DNA from: the human T2T-CHM13v2.0 reference genome, Homo sapiens
Direction: 5' to 3' (one strand)
Assembly: GCF_009914755.1 (NCBI RefSeq)
Contig: NC_060939.1
Length of the DNA: 64,000 nucleotides
Each line of letters begins with the position of its first letter. Positions within the stretch are counted from its first letter, which is position 1. The notes under the pieces were generated by a model. The model worked only from the letters and a program-made list of their open reading frames with translations. It was not told where the DNA came from and did not search any database. A program made the translations under genes and the position numbers. This document shows, one piece after another, positions 49,351 to 62,909 of this stretch.

Positions 49351-49684
49351 GAGAACATTTAAGATCTCTCTTGGCAAATTTCAAGTGTACAATACAGTAT
49401 TACTAACAGTAGTCACCACATTGTACCTCAGATCTCCAGAACATATTAATCCTGTACAACTGAACCTTTTTACCCTTTGACCAACATCTCCCCATTTCTC
49501 CCACCCCTGACAGCCATCATTCTACCCTCTGCTTCCATGAGTTCAATGTTTTTAGATTCCACATATAAGTGAAATCATACAGTACTGTCTTTTTGTGGCT
49601 GGCTTATTATACTTAGCACAATGTCCTCCAGGATCACCCATGCTGTTGCAAATGACAAGACTTCTTCCTTGTGACCAAATAATA

Positions 49685-49717
<33 letters not shown>

Positions 49718-49975
49718 CACATTTTTTTATCCATTCATCTGTCTACAGACACAGGTTGACTCTATATCTTGACTACTGTGAATAATGCTGCAATGAACAT
49801 AGGAATGCAGTTATCTCTTAGAGATACCAATTTTATTTCCTTTGGATACATGCCCATAAGTGGGACTGCTGGATCATATGGTAGTTCTGTTTTTAGTTTT
49901 TTTAAGAACCTCTATATACCCTTTTCCATATGGTTGTTCCAATTAATTTACATTCATACCAGTGTACGAGGTTTC
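49165..49975 (-). mobile_element. L1MA 3' fragment containing two (TG)n tracts
   Basis: agctttactgaagtataactg...; ttttagattccacatataagtga. Confidence 0.85.
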
Positions 49976-50779
49976 CTGCCTTTAGTTGTAAAACCACTTT
50001 AAAGCTCTTTGGATAATAAAGCTCACTATTATTCTAAAGAAGAGAATAAAACAAAAAGTAAATGACCAGAGTGACAGTCAGGGAGGGGTGGCTGGCCGAA
50101 AGGCCAACACTGAAGAAACCCCTATGTATTTAGGCACTGAGGACACGGTCCTTCCTGAACATCACAGATGAGGTAAGATGAGAGTAGGCGTTGCTGGATG
50201 TATGTATATGTGGCTAGGCCTGAAGGGTGGTACACCTTGGTGAAGATTACTGAGAGGTTACTGAGTGCTGTAATGATACTACAACAGTACCGTAAGTGCC
50301 ACATTTAATGGAAGAAAACTAGAGAACAAATGGGTCAACTATCATTTTACAGACTACTGGGCCTACCCCTCACTTAAAAATAAGGAAAGTGAGGCCTTAA
50401 AAGTTTAAGTGATTCGCCCAGGTCCATAAAGTAGGTTAGAGGCAAAGCTAGCCTAAAACCCTGTTTCTTAACTCCCTGTCCAGTACTAAAACCTTGACCA
50501 ATGAGGGTGTTGCTGCTTGGGAGCCCACTTAACCTCCTTCAGTAATGTTGGAAAAATATGGTCCCAGGAGCCACACAGCCTTGACTGGAACAGGTCAGTG
50601 GTCATCAGCTGATATTTAGATGCCTGTGGGAAACCTAAAGCAACTTCATCCCAAAGGTCTATTGAAATGTTCAGGCCAATTAATGCCACCACACTTCACA
50701 TCCTTGTCATATGTGCAAAACTGTACTCTCAAACCCTCATGCCCATGCTGCTCAGAGCTTCCCCTCCTTGACCTTACTC

Positions 50780-52560
50780 CCCTTTCCTCTCTAACCTCTT
50801 ACTGGACCCTCTGCAACTTGTTGCATGACAGGACTAACACTTGACAACATCGTGCCTACCTCACAGACCTTGGCCTTAACCAAAACCCAAGGGCCCGCTT
50901 CCCCACTGGATGCTGTGCAGTCTCCTGGGCACCCCACCTCGAAGTTGGGAATAAGGTCATCCTATTCCTCACTCACTCCCTATTTGTACATCTAACACAC
51001 TGCCCTTCTATATTTATATAAAATCCAGACTCCTTTAACTCCTGTCATCTGGTTACATCTCTTTCTACTCCCTCTTTGTTTTTGTAACCTATCAGCCTCC
51101 AGGTAACTCCTTCTCATTTGCTAAAGATTTTAGTATCTGACTCATAGCCTCTGTCCCACCCAGGCCTTGCCATTATTTAGGATAATTTCAAAGTCCTATG
51201 TGGGTGACAAGACCCACAATTCCTATACTTATCAACAAATGAACTTAACCTGCTCTTTACTCATGCACACAGTGAACACCTTCAACCTTCTCAAGACTCA
51301 GAACTTCTCTGGCTAGGAAATCTTCAACTCCTGGCACAGTGGCTTCAAAGGGAGAAATTCACTCTCTCACCTTCCACTCACTTCCAAAAGTACAGCAATG
51401 GACCCCCACCACTCTTTTGAAACAGTTCTCTCCCAAAGTCATCATGCATTCCTCTGCATCCAGTGGACACTGTCTGGTCTCTCCCTGCTGGGTCTGATGC
51501 TATTATCACTCCCTCCTGGAAATCCTCTGCTCCCTTTGCTTCTGAGGCACTTCTCTACCACAGCTCTCCTGCCACCTCTTTGACCATTTATTTACTGTCT
51601 GCTGTCTCCTATATGGCACTCCTCTTCTTAAACCTGCTTGTTAAAAGGTCCACTCAACATTAGGTGAACTCATCTACTCTCATGGTTTGAGCTACCACTC
51701 ATTTTGATGACTTCAATACTTGATGACCCTCCAGCTTTAGATTCTTAGATCAAATTGGGTATTTCACAGGTGCCTCAAAGTCAATTTGTACCAAACTTAA
51801 TACCTAATGCTTTGTCTCCTATATACCTTATTTTACCCCACCTGCTTCTCCTAAACTCAATCTCTTTCACACTCTCTCTCTTTCCCCTCCACCCCCTCAG
51901 AAGCCCAATATAGAGAACTAAGCATCATCCTTGGCTCTGTCTTAACGCAACCTTCACCCCTGGTCAATCACCAAGTCCTGAAAATGTTATCTCCTTTACT
52001 TCTTGAATGTGTCACAAACTCTTTAACCCTGTTGCCATGCCCTTGCCTAAGTCCTCATTATATCTCAGCTAGAAATCACGACAGCCTCATAATTAGTCTC
52101 CCTACTTCTAGTTTTACCTCCATCATCTCCAGCCTTCACCCAGCCCACAGAATTATCTTGCTAAAACATAAACCTGTCCTTATCACTGCCCTGTTTAAAA
52201 CCACTCCATGGCTCCTTGAGGCCTAGAAGACAAACTCAAAACTTCCTAACCAGCCAGTTCCATCTTGTGGGATCTAGTTTCTGCCCACCCCTCCAGCCTC
52301 ACTTTTCACCTTATAATTTATGCTCCCACCACCCTGTCTATGATCTCCAAGTACCATGCTTTGCTCTCACTGGCCTGTCTCCAGCACTGCACTTAGCATA
52401 ATGAATTATAACTTAGTTCATATTTCTGTCTTCCCCAACAGACCATAAACCGGCTCCCTGGGGAAGCAACTGAATCTTAGTCATCTTTATATCTCCAGCA
52501 TTTAATAAAGTGGTTGGCATATATTTAGCATTCAATTAATGCTGATGAATGAATGGATAC
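50780..52560 (+). mobile_element. Long degenerate L2 LINE (endonuclease-region remnants to 3' end)
   Basis: Pyrimidine-rich L2 motifs ending in ttggcatatatttagcattcaattaatgctgatgaatgaatg. Confidence 0.65.
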
Positions 52561-52633
52561 ATTTAGAAACTTCCTATTAAAAGGCATGACTGTCTACCTA
52601 CTACCTACTATGTCACTAAAGGACCTAACAGTA

Positions 52634-54880
52634 TAGCGTTCTCAGGCAATCAATCGGTCAAGTGTCCAGTGGCGGGATTTGGCTGTTTGAGAGAAATTGT
52701 TTTATTCCCATACACCTTACACTTGAATGCAAAACTGATTAGGATTTTTCACAGCAATGCAGTTATGTTCTTAATAATCATCACACTCACCACAATCTTA
52801 AAAGCAGTACTGAGTGCAACTGGTCCCTTTTAACATAGTTTAACATCTTTGTGTGTTACTCTCTGTTAATGAAATTTACATTTCTCACTGTTACTAATGT
52901 GTTTTGTTTTATCCCCAGCTCACACAAATGAATAGATGGTTCAAAAGTGCTCATTACAGTATAAACATAGTAATGAATATAGCAACAAAAATCCTAGACC
53001 TCACAATAATGTTTTAAATACAAACAGTGAATCTCACTCTAGTACAAGTAAAAAATGTGAATATGCAACTGGGATGGTTTCTCACAAGTGAAGTTGGTCC
53101 CAGCAGCTGCCAAGGAATATATTGGACAATTATTCCATTTGCCAGTGTGTTTCTGTCACAAATTCTTATCAAAGAGCAGCTAGAAGCGTCAAAGATTTCA
53201 TAACATTTTCAAACTACATTTCAAAATGTGCACAGCAATGTCCCTATTAAACTTCCTGAATTGTTCCAAAACAAGTACAAAATAATGCTTTCTGGAATGA
53301 AATTGACTCATTTTGTCATTAAGGGCAGAAAGAGACCAAAACTACAGAAGCATTACTCAAAGTTATATTCCTGAGACAAAACAAATAAAGATTATTCTAT
53401 TTCTAAGAAACTGATAAAGCCAGTCACAAGGTTAATGACAAATCACATGCTCAGAGGAAAATTGGACTATGCAAGTATTGGCAAAATTATTAATGGCTCT
53501 ATCAAACATTACATATCAACGGCATGCAATGTGGAAGAATTACAATCACATATGTACACTAGCATGTATTTTGCCTTATAGTTAAGTGAAATCAATGATA
53601 TGCAGAGTATGCATATCAACTAGCATATTAGTGGAACATATTTGAGGGATAAGTACTTAAAAACTCTTGGCTCTATGTGTTACCAAGAACCCAATCTACG
53701 GAAGAGACTTTTCATGAGTTAACATTTCTTTTGTAGGCAATAATATAAATTGGAAAAGGTTCACTAGGATCAGTGCTGATGAAATAACCAGCTATGTTTG
53801 CAGCAAGGAAGAAGGTGTGACACAAATAAAAGTGTTACCTTTATGCCAAAACACCCACTTCTTTATTCACCAAAACAGATGACACACAACAATATGGTTT
53901 CTAATCTTAATGTGGTGTTGTAGAAAATAGTTTTAAGTGTGAATATAATCAGATCTGAGTATATGTTTTCTCAGCATGTTCTGCAAAGAAATGGGCAGAG
54001 GGCATTAGACTGATTGTTCCCCCAGAAGCACTGTGGTTGTCATCAAGGGTGCTCATGCAGACTTTTGAAATGATGAATGAGACTGGAACATTCCTGTTCC
54101 ACACAGATAACGTCAGGAAGGAGCAGTTCCATAGCTTCAAGTGGCAAATGTCGGCAATGCAGTTAGTATCTGGATATTCCTGATCCTCTCATCCAGAACC
54201 CAAACATGTTTATGTTGAACACTGAGAGTAAGTATAGAGCTTCTTTGAGAAGACTGAACAGCAAGTTTGAAGATGTGCTTAGAGACTTGTAGACTTCGTA
54301 CGTGATGAAACCCTGACTCTGATTTTCAGGTGGAAATCTTGCCACTATTTCTAGACAGTTTCAATCTGAATTATCCAAACTTTCCAAACTGATGGAACCA
54401 TCATACATTTACTGCTATTCTTGACAGACTCTAATTATAACGAAGTATTTTCTATTTTGGTAAAATAATGAAGAAGGAAAAAACACTAGATAAGGAACCC
54501 ATCATATAGCTAAATATTAGATATTTTACTTCAGAATTATACTATCTTTCACTGATATGAGAAACGTTTACTATTAATTTTCAAGCATGCTTTTTAAAAA
54601 AAAACACTTCATTGAGGTATGAGTAACATGAAAAAAGCTATACATATTTAATGTACACAATTCAAATAGTTTGGGGTATACACTCGTGAAACCATTACCA
54701 CCATGAAGGAAAGACAAATATATCCATCACCTCCCAAAGTTTCCCCCATCTCATTTATCAAACAAGTTTTTCATTATTAAAATTTTTTTACTTCTTAAAA
54801 ATTTACCTCAAATTATGGTCTACTCGTACATAAAGCAGTGTCTAGGTGGTCTGCAGTTGCTAAAAGTCTGAGAAACATCA
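52634..54880 (+). mobile_element. Ancient hAT-Charlie (Buster-like) DNA transposon with a readable transposase fossil
   Basis: + strand peptides MNRWFK, KKLIKPV..MLRGK, YFAL*LSEIND, NWKRFTRISAD, THFFIHQ, MFCKEMG and EALWLSSRVL follow the order of Charlie/ZBED5-type motifs; the terminal inverted repeats are weak and tentative. Confidence 0.8.
54590..54760 (-). mobile_element. L1MC 3' end fragment
   Basis: cttcattgaggtatga...atccatcacctcccaaagtttcc. Confidence 0.75.
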
Positions 54881-55659
54881 TGATGGCACATAAATACTCT
54901 CTACAATATTCTGTGTGGTCCTTGGACAATTTTCTTCTTCATAGGTCTAAAGGTCCTGGAACGTTCACCATGTAATTATTTTCCTTTCTTGCCATAAGCA
55001 AATGGGATCAGCAATCTATTGTTTTCTATTTTTCTTACATATAACAAGATCCAGAAGATACATGCATAGCAACAAAAAAGGACACTGTGTGATTACAAAA
55101 TTCCTATGATAAATCTTTATTCAGAAATATGGTTATTTGCTGATTAATGAATGTATTCAAGAAAGCCTGCTCAATGGAACTGCCTCAAATAAGGTAACAG
55201 ATTTATGGATGGATGTGATCCTGGACCAACATCTCTGCCCCAGAAGAGGAAAAATAAAAGAACTCCAAACATCTCTCAGAAGCAGTTACCAGGTCGTGCT
55301 CACAGAGCTTACCTGTGGGTTGTAGGCAAACCCCTCTGGGCCCACTCCCTTCAAACAAGGGGTCACACTAACTTGTTGGCTCCTAATCCCTCTGACTTTT
55401 GACATAATACTCCTTCAGCAAAGAGCTGCAAACAGTGCAGGTAATACCCAATTGCTGTTAGGCACTGCCTTACGTGGACCAATATTTGGAAAGTTTCTGC
55501 ATATTGTAATTTCCAAAAAATAAGCCTAGCAGACATGGGAATCTCTCTATATCCAAAATTTCCAACTCTATGTAATAAGCTAAACTGTCCATTGAATTAT
55601 ACTATGATTAAACACACCTTGTATAAGGACCACCTAACTAGCAGTTTTCCAAGTTTGTA

Positions 55660-56180
55660 TTTGACTTTATGTATCAGAAATCCAACTACAATGGCTTAAT
55701 TGATAAAGGTTGTTTTTCTCATGTAACCCACATTCCAGAAGAGGGCTGGGGCAGCTGCTCAAAGAAGTCATTATGGCAAGGACCTAGACTTCTAATTTCC
55801 TCCCTGCCATTCTTCCCACATGGTTTGTGTTCTCATAGTTGCAAGATGGTTATTCTAACCCTAGGTGTTGTATCCAGGCAGAATGTATCCTTAGGTGTTG
55901 TATACCAGGCAGAAGGGGGAAAGGGTCAAGGCCAAGGGCAAAAGACATGCCCCAGCTTTTCATTTTTACCAGGAAAAATAGCATTTCAGAGCTCCACCCA
56001 GTAAACTTCCACTCACAACCCGCTGGTCAGACCTGGTGACACAGCCACCCCCACTCTGCACAAGAGTCTGGAAGGTATTTTTATCTGGGCACATTGTTGC
56101 CCTAAACAAAACCGGGGTCCTTTAAATAAGGAATAATAAAAGCATGGATACTGAGTAGGCAAGGAGCAGAGGCTGCCACA
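55660..56180 (-). mobile_element. Old MLT1 (J/K-like) LTR
   Basis: cagaaatccaactacaatggcttaa...gcaagatgg...ctgccaca. Confidence 0.6.
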
Positions 56181-57166
56181 GGATAAAGAACATTTAAAGT
56201 TTTTGCTAAGTTCTACAAGTCAAAAACCATCAACTTAAACCTCAAACTGTCTACTAACTTCAGTTTTTTTCCCTTCAAGAAATAGTTCTAAGTTCCCGAT
56301 CGTTTGCCATCAAACTTACTCTTCACAATTGACTTATGTTACCCATATTTCCCCAAAAGGATTGATCACACACTCTATTATAAAAAAACTACTTTAGCAA
56401 CAACCTCAAAGAGCATTTGAAAAGAGGACATAAAGATATACCAGCTCCTCAGCAACCTCTGAGGGAATCAAGCTAACCCTCTAGCATTGCTCTGTTCAAC
56501 AGAGTGTGTTTCCTGCCAATTCCACATAAGAAATATATTTGTGCCCTTTTTAAAAGCCAGGATGGCCTCCAAAGCAAATCAGGGAGTAAGAAGGAAAAAT
56601 GGAAATGCAAAATAAAAACAAATCCATCCCCCACCTCCTTGCTCTACCCCATTAACTGAATCACCTGGAGGTCTCCAAAGTAAATTAGAGACAAGTCTTC
56701 CAATTAATTAAGTGTAGCACAATTATCACAGGACTTGATAATTACAACACACCTGCTCTCACAGGCACTGAGGGCAGTCCCCTGGTCTAGATTGCTTCAT
56801 CTAGGTATGAAGCAATCTTTATTTCAGAATCTTTATTTCTGAATAAAGATTTATCATAGGAATTTTGTAATCACACAATGTCCTTTTTTGTTGCTATGCA
56901 TATATCTTCTGGATCTTGTTATATGTAAGAAAAATAGAAAATAATAGATTGCTGATTCCATTTGCTTATGGCAAGAAAGAAAAATAATTACATGTTTCAG
57001 CCATGCACTGTACCTATCTCAAAAAGTGATGTAGAACAAGACACTGATGTAGAAGACAAGAGAAAGACAGTTTCTCCAAGTCTCATACTGAATAGACAAT
57101 TCAATGCAATTTCCCTGCTTTCACAAGGGAACACTAAACAATGCATCTTTAGAAATGGGAATATTA

Positions 57167-57490
<324 letters not shown>

Positions 57491-58240
57491 CTACCAGGAA
57501 CTGTAAGACTCAGCAGAGAATTTTACAGGTATACTTCCCTCCTGCTGAGTGTCAGCAGTAAGAAGGAAAGAACACCCACCTAGAAGCAGCACAACCTGGG
57601 GACTTGTTCCAGCCCTGACATGCTTGCACAAGTCACTTCATCCCCCACCCCCATCTTGATTTTCACATCTATAAAATTACAGCATTGGACCAAGTTAAGA
57701 TATCTGTGTTGTTTTTCCCTCAACGGTGGGCCAAATGGTCTGAAACATCTAAGTGTGAAGCCTGAATGATCTCAAAAATTTTAATGAGTTGAGAGAATCC
57801 ACACTTGGCACACGAATACTAATTAGAGTGACAAAGCTTGAGTCAAAGGCACAAAAAGTGCTTACTCACACTGATCTCCTTTGTAAATTATTATGCAAAT
57901 GTTCCGGTTCCATAATATAACATTAGGAGAATTAAACTGTAACAGCTGAAAATGAAATGCCTGTAATTAATTATGTTCACCTTCAACTGTAATGACAGAC
58001 CTGGGCCTGCTAATAGCAAGGTGTCACATAATAGTGATCCTTAAGAGGGGGCTTTGTCCTTACTGACCTACCAGATTGTGTGGGTATCCTAATTCCTAAT
58101 TTAAATGGAAAAAGTATGCTACCAACCTTTCCCAGGCTTAACTCCAGCATCAAGCAGTCTGCATTTGTTCCAATGGGCCATACGTTGGGACCCCAAGGGA
58201 ACACGAGGTTATTTCCTCTCTAATATTCTATGAGTCTAAA

Positions 58241-58432
58241 CCAGTGATTCTCAAACTTTGATGTACCTATGAATTACCTGAGAAACATATTAAAAATGCA
58301 AATTCCTAAGCCTCACTCCAGAGGCTGTGGTTCAGTAGATTGGGAGTGCATCCCAGAAATGAATATTTTTAACAAGCACAGGAAGTGGTTCTGATGCAGG
58401 TAATCCAAAATCCATACTTGGAAACACACTGG
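58241..58432. mobile_element. MER5B-like MITE
   Basis: cagtgattctcaaacttt...ttggaaacacactg. Confidence 0.8.
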
Positions 58433-59017
58433 CAACTCAAAAGTGGCTGGGTCCTAGAAGCAGAAAAAGGCCAGGGTTTTCCTTATTTGGTTAAAAACAG
58501 CACAGTCAAGAATTAAATTCCAAGCCAGCATAGTGCATATGTAAGTCCTTGCTAATGAGGAAGACTGAGGTGGCTCAGGCATAAATGGAACAATGCATAT
58601 TTCCAGATCAACACAAAGAGGTGAATGGCCCACCACCCACATTTGCTGGAATGCCGCTGTGTAAAACAGCAGCATCATTCATCCAACAGGTGAGAAACAG
58701 CAGGGGCAAATGAATCATTCATCCAACAGGTGAAAAACAGCAAAGGCAGAGGCTCTGCAGAATCATGCAAACCTGACCAGGATTTATGCAGCATCCAACA
58801 GTTAATTTAAATTTAAAAAAAAAAAAAAAAAGCTTGTCTCCTTTCTGCTTTTACTTGTCTAAAGCTTCTGGAATTTCCTGAGGACTTATTTTCCTAGAAG
58901 AAAATCTCACCCGCTCAAATCATACCACCTATTAGTAAGCCTGGCACAATGATTTTCAAGCGGAAAGATTCAAAGTTCTTTACTGAGAATCCTAAATCCT
59001 CTTCCAGAGGAGTATGT

Positions 59018-59897
59018 TGAAGGGTAGCTGAATATGCCATCCCAAAATATGCCACTTTGGCATAAGGATTATTTGGAGTTGAAGGCAACTGGGAAGATGC
59101 AGATATAAAAGAAGCTCTCTGCCATCCTCCTATCTGCAAAGGAGTCTAGGAAGGACAAAGGCTGATCACCAGCCTGGAGAGGGCACCAGAGGAATGAATC
59201 TACACAACAAACTTTCTAACTTAGCTTTATCTACCAGGAGTTTCCCATGTATTTTATTTGTCTTCCCACAGTTTGCCACGCCTAGAGACTCAAGGTCCTT
59301 TCCCTTTCTGCAGTCATTTATCTAAATATTTACTGTTCTTTGTTGAAAATGCTGTAAAGCCAGAGTACTAAGCCACCTCTTTGAGATCTATTCACTTCTC
59401 TGGTATCTCCCATATACATATAACACATATGTGTTAACTTCTTGCTTTTCTCTTGTTGGTTTTTTTGGGGGGTGAAGGGAATCTGCTTTTTATTTGTTTT
59501 TTTTGTTTGTTTGTTTGGAGACAAGGTCTCACCCTGTTGCTCAGGCTGGAGTGTAGCGACATGATCATAGCTCTCTGTATCCTTAAACTCCTGGGCTCAA
59601 GCAATCCTCTCACCTCAGTCCCCCAAGCAGCTAGGACTACAGGCACAGGCCATCACACTTGGCTAAGACTCTTGCTCTGTTGCCCAAGCTGTAGTGCCAT
59701 GCTGTGATCATAACTCACCATAACCTCAAACTCCTGGCCTCAACTGATCCTCCTGCCTTGGACTTCCAAAGTGCTGGGATTACATGTTTGAGCCACCTTG
59801 CCCAGCTTATTCTTCTCCTCTTAATCTACCTTTTGTTACAAGGGTCCCAGCCCAGAATTCAGAAAGGTAAAGAGAACATTTTTTTTCTTCCCCTACA
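59018..59897 (+). mobile_element. MER34-family ERV1 solo LTR, interrupted by a reverse AluJ (about 59480-59806)
   Basis: tgaagggtagctgaatatgccatcccaaaatatgccactttggc...ttcttcccctaca; 4-bp TSD ATGT. Confidence 0.88.
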
Positions 59898-60479
59898 ATG
59901 TGTAAATCATCTTTCTCTCCAGAGTTCTACCATCAGAGTAGCCTCATCAATCCCTTTCCTACCCATCTTGAGGATATGAACCTTCCCGATTCTTAGACAC
60001 AATTTCCATTTCCAGAAGCTTATCCACTCCATAAGCTTCTAGCTGTGATAACTTTTAATGAGACAGGTAATTGTTTGCGATAAACAGTCACCTCCTCTGG
60101 GTTAGTTAGGGGACTGGAACTCCCAGCAAGACTCTTATCATCCCTGCTCTCCAATTTTCCCCCTTGAGGCACCAGCTATTTAAAAAGGAATCCAGGAAGG
60201 ACAAAGGCTGATCACCAGAGATTACGTTAGAACCTTATCAGCCTGGAGAGGGCATCAGAGAATCTACACAACAAACTTTCTAACTAAGCTTTATCTACCA
60301 TGAGTTTCCCATGTAAGATAAGCCAGTGCTCCTGACATTGCAAGGTTTAGATCTCTGTGACTCCAAGATGGAGACAATTCAGAGAGCAATTCTACCTCCT
60401 CCTCCATAATCCCTGCTTTACAACTAGGAAAACTAAAATAGGCCCATGCTATTTCCTTCATTTAATAAATTAAAGTATT

Positions 60480-60836
<357 letters not shown>

Positions 60837-61158
60837 CATTAAAGTGTTATGGGACCTTGACTCTAACTGTCCCAAATATGAGAACGCTAGGGTCCCAAGG
60901 AGGTGAAATTGCAAGTTTGTGAATACCTTCACTGGGACGCAAACTCCTTGGAGGTAAGGACTTTGTTTGGTTCCCTACTATATCCCTAGTACCTAGAGCA
61001 ATGCTTGGCACATGGCAGGTGCTTAGTAAATATTTGTAGAATGAATGTATGCACAAAAGAAAACACAGAGAAAAGCTAGTCTCAGCATCTCCATAGCCTC
61101 TCTAAGCGCCAGATCTAAGGCACATCCCCTCAATTCTCCATCTACCCAAGGCCTATTG

Positions 61159-61414
61159 CAGAGGTGTTTTAGAGCCTATGTCCATATATCTGCCCAACTC
61201 CACTTCAGTGAGGTCACACTGGGAGTTTGAATGATGATATTTTCATCATGGCCAATTTCAAAATGATGAAAATTTTGATCATCATTTTCAATATGATGAT
61301 ATGAAAATATCACCACGCCTGGCTTTTTTTAGAGCCTACGAAAATCACAAACCACTACAAATTTGGGTTTTCTTAGAGAGAGCCTGATGTTAAACATTTA
61401 CCAGCACACCACTG
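61159..61414. mobile_element. MER63A hAT-Blackjack MITE with an internal rearrangement
   Basis: cccaactccacttcagtgaggtcac...gttaaacatttaccagcacaccactg. Confidence 0.7.
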
Positions 61415-61722
61415 CCCTTAAGACTTACAATGTCTCTTTTCTGTGAACATAAAGGCAGGAAAAAATTAAGCTCAGCAAGTGCCAACTTATTTTGTAAAAA
61501 TACCTATTCACACTAATTTTCTAATTCGGGTTTTTTGCAGGTCACTATAGAAGAGATTGCACTGAAAACTGAAGGGACTCCTTTGTGAGGACATTTCCCA
61601 TTTGCCAAAAGTTACAGTTTATGAAACTTAACAGACCAAGGACAAAGATCTCAAAACAGAGGTGAATGGAAGGCTGAGGAGATACGCCTTAGGCGCAGAC
61701 CACTGGGAAAGTATGGAGATTC

Positions 61723-62532
61723 TGAGAGTGGCCCTTTGAAATTGAGTAGTATAGAATCATATACTTTGATTTTGACTGTAAATTATACTTTTTATTTTAT
61801 TTTTAAACAGGTTTGTGGCATTTATTATGTGCCAAGCTCTATTTGCTTAGCAAATATTCATTCATTCTAGCTACAAATACCACACACACACAAGTGTTCA
61901 ATATCACCCAGACAAAGGAACCCTTACTGACTCCTATCCTTTTGCCCATGACAAAACAGAAACATAAATCTTCTCACCATCAGAGCCCAGTTAATGGCTC
62001 TGGGCCTGGTAATGGTAAGAAACCTGAGCTGGAGCTGAGGTCCACCAGACCATGGATGAGTTGGGCTTGGGCTTGACTAGGCTTCCATAAGGCCATATAC
62101 TAAATTTGGCACCCTGGTATATATCCCTTCAAATTTATAATTGTAGAGTTTAATGGAGTAAGACAGAACCCAAGGGGGAGGTAGCAGTGTTGCCTTGGGC
62201 CTCTTTTTGAAGAGGTAGAGAAGAATAGATGAGCAAAACCTCTTAAATCTTTTTAGCTATGTAACAATGATGATAATAAAGATAAAACAAACTACACAGC
62301 TGGTTTCATTTATGCTTTTAGATATTATACCACTGATAAGAAATTATCTTTCAGACACTGAGCTCAGTATTGACAATAAATAACAAAAACTTCTATTTGC
62401 TTAGCAAATAGACTAGAGCCTGGCACATAATAAATGCCACAAACCTGTTTAAAAATAAAACAAAAAGTATAATTTACAGTCAAAATCAAAGTATATGATT
62501 CTATACTACTCAATTCCAAAGGGCCACTCTCA
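61723..62532. repeat. 119-bp inverted repeat (arms 61723-61841 and 62414-62532)
   Basis: Hand alignment gives 116/119 identity in reverse-complement orientation. Confidence 0.95.
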
Positions 62533-62575
62533 AGAGATGCTCTTGACAGGAGCAACTGCTCATGATATTTTCGGG

Positions 62576-62849
62576 GTTTTTTTGTTGTTAAAGATGAGTT
62601 CTTGCTGTGTCGCCCAGGCTGGAGTGCAGTGGTGCGTAGCTCACTGCAGCTTCCAATCCTAAGCTCAAGCGATCCTCTCATTTCAGCCTTCCAAGTAGCT
62701 GAGACTACAGGTACACACCATACCTGACTTTTTTCAGGGACATGGTCTCACTATGTTTCCCAGTCTAAGTCTGAAACTCCTGGCCTCAAGTGATCCTGCT
62801 TCAGCCTCCCAAAGCACTCAGATTACAAGCATGTGCCACCATGCCTGGC
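62576..62849 (-). mobile_element. AluJ SINE
   Basis: Reverse Alu with J diagnostics. Confidence 0.88.
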
Positions 62850-62909
62850 ATGTTCATGCTATCTTAGAGCCAAAACAGACGGGCACCAGAATGAAACTAA
62901 AATACAGTA

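Noticed and set aside
52680-54440. Possible 3' UTR of a minus-strand gene (AATAAA near 52700)
   Set aside because: Translation shows the region is a hAT transposase fossil on the + strand
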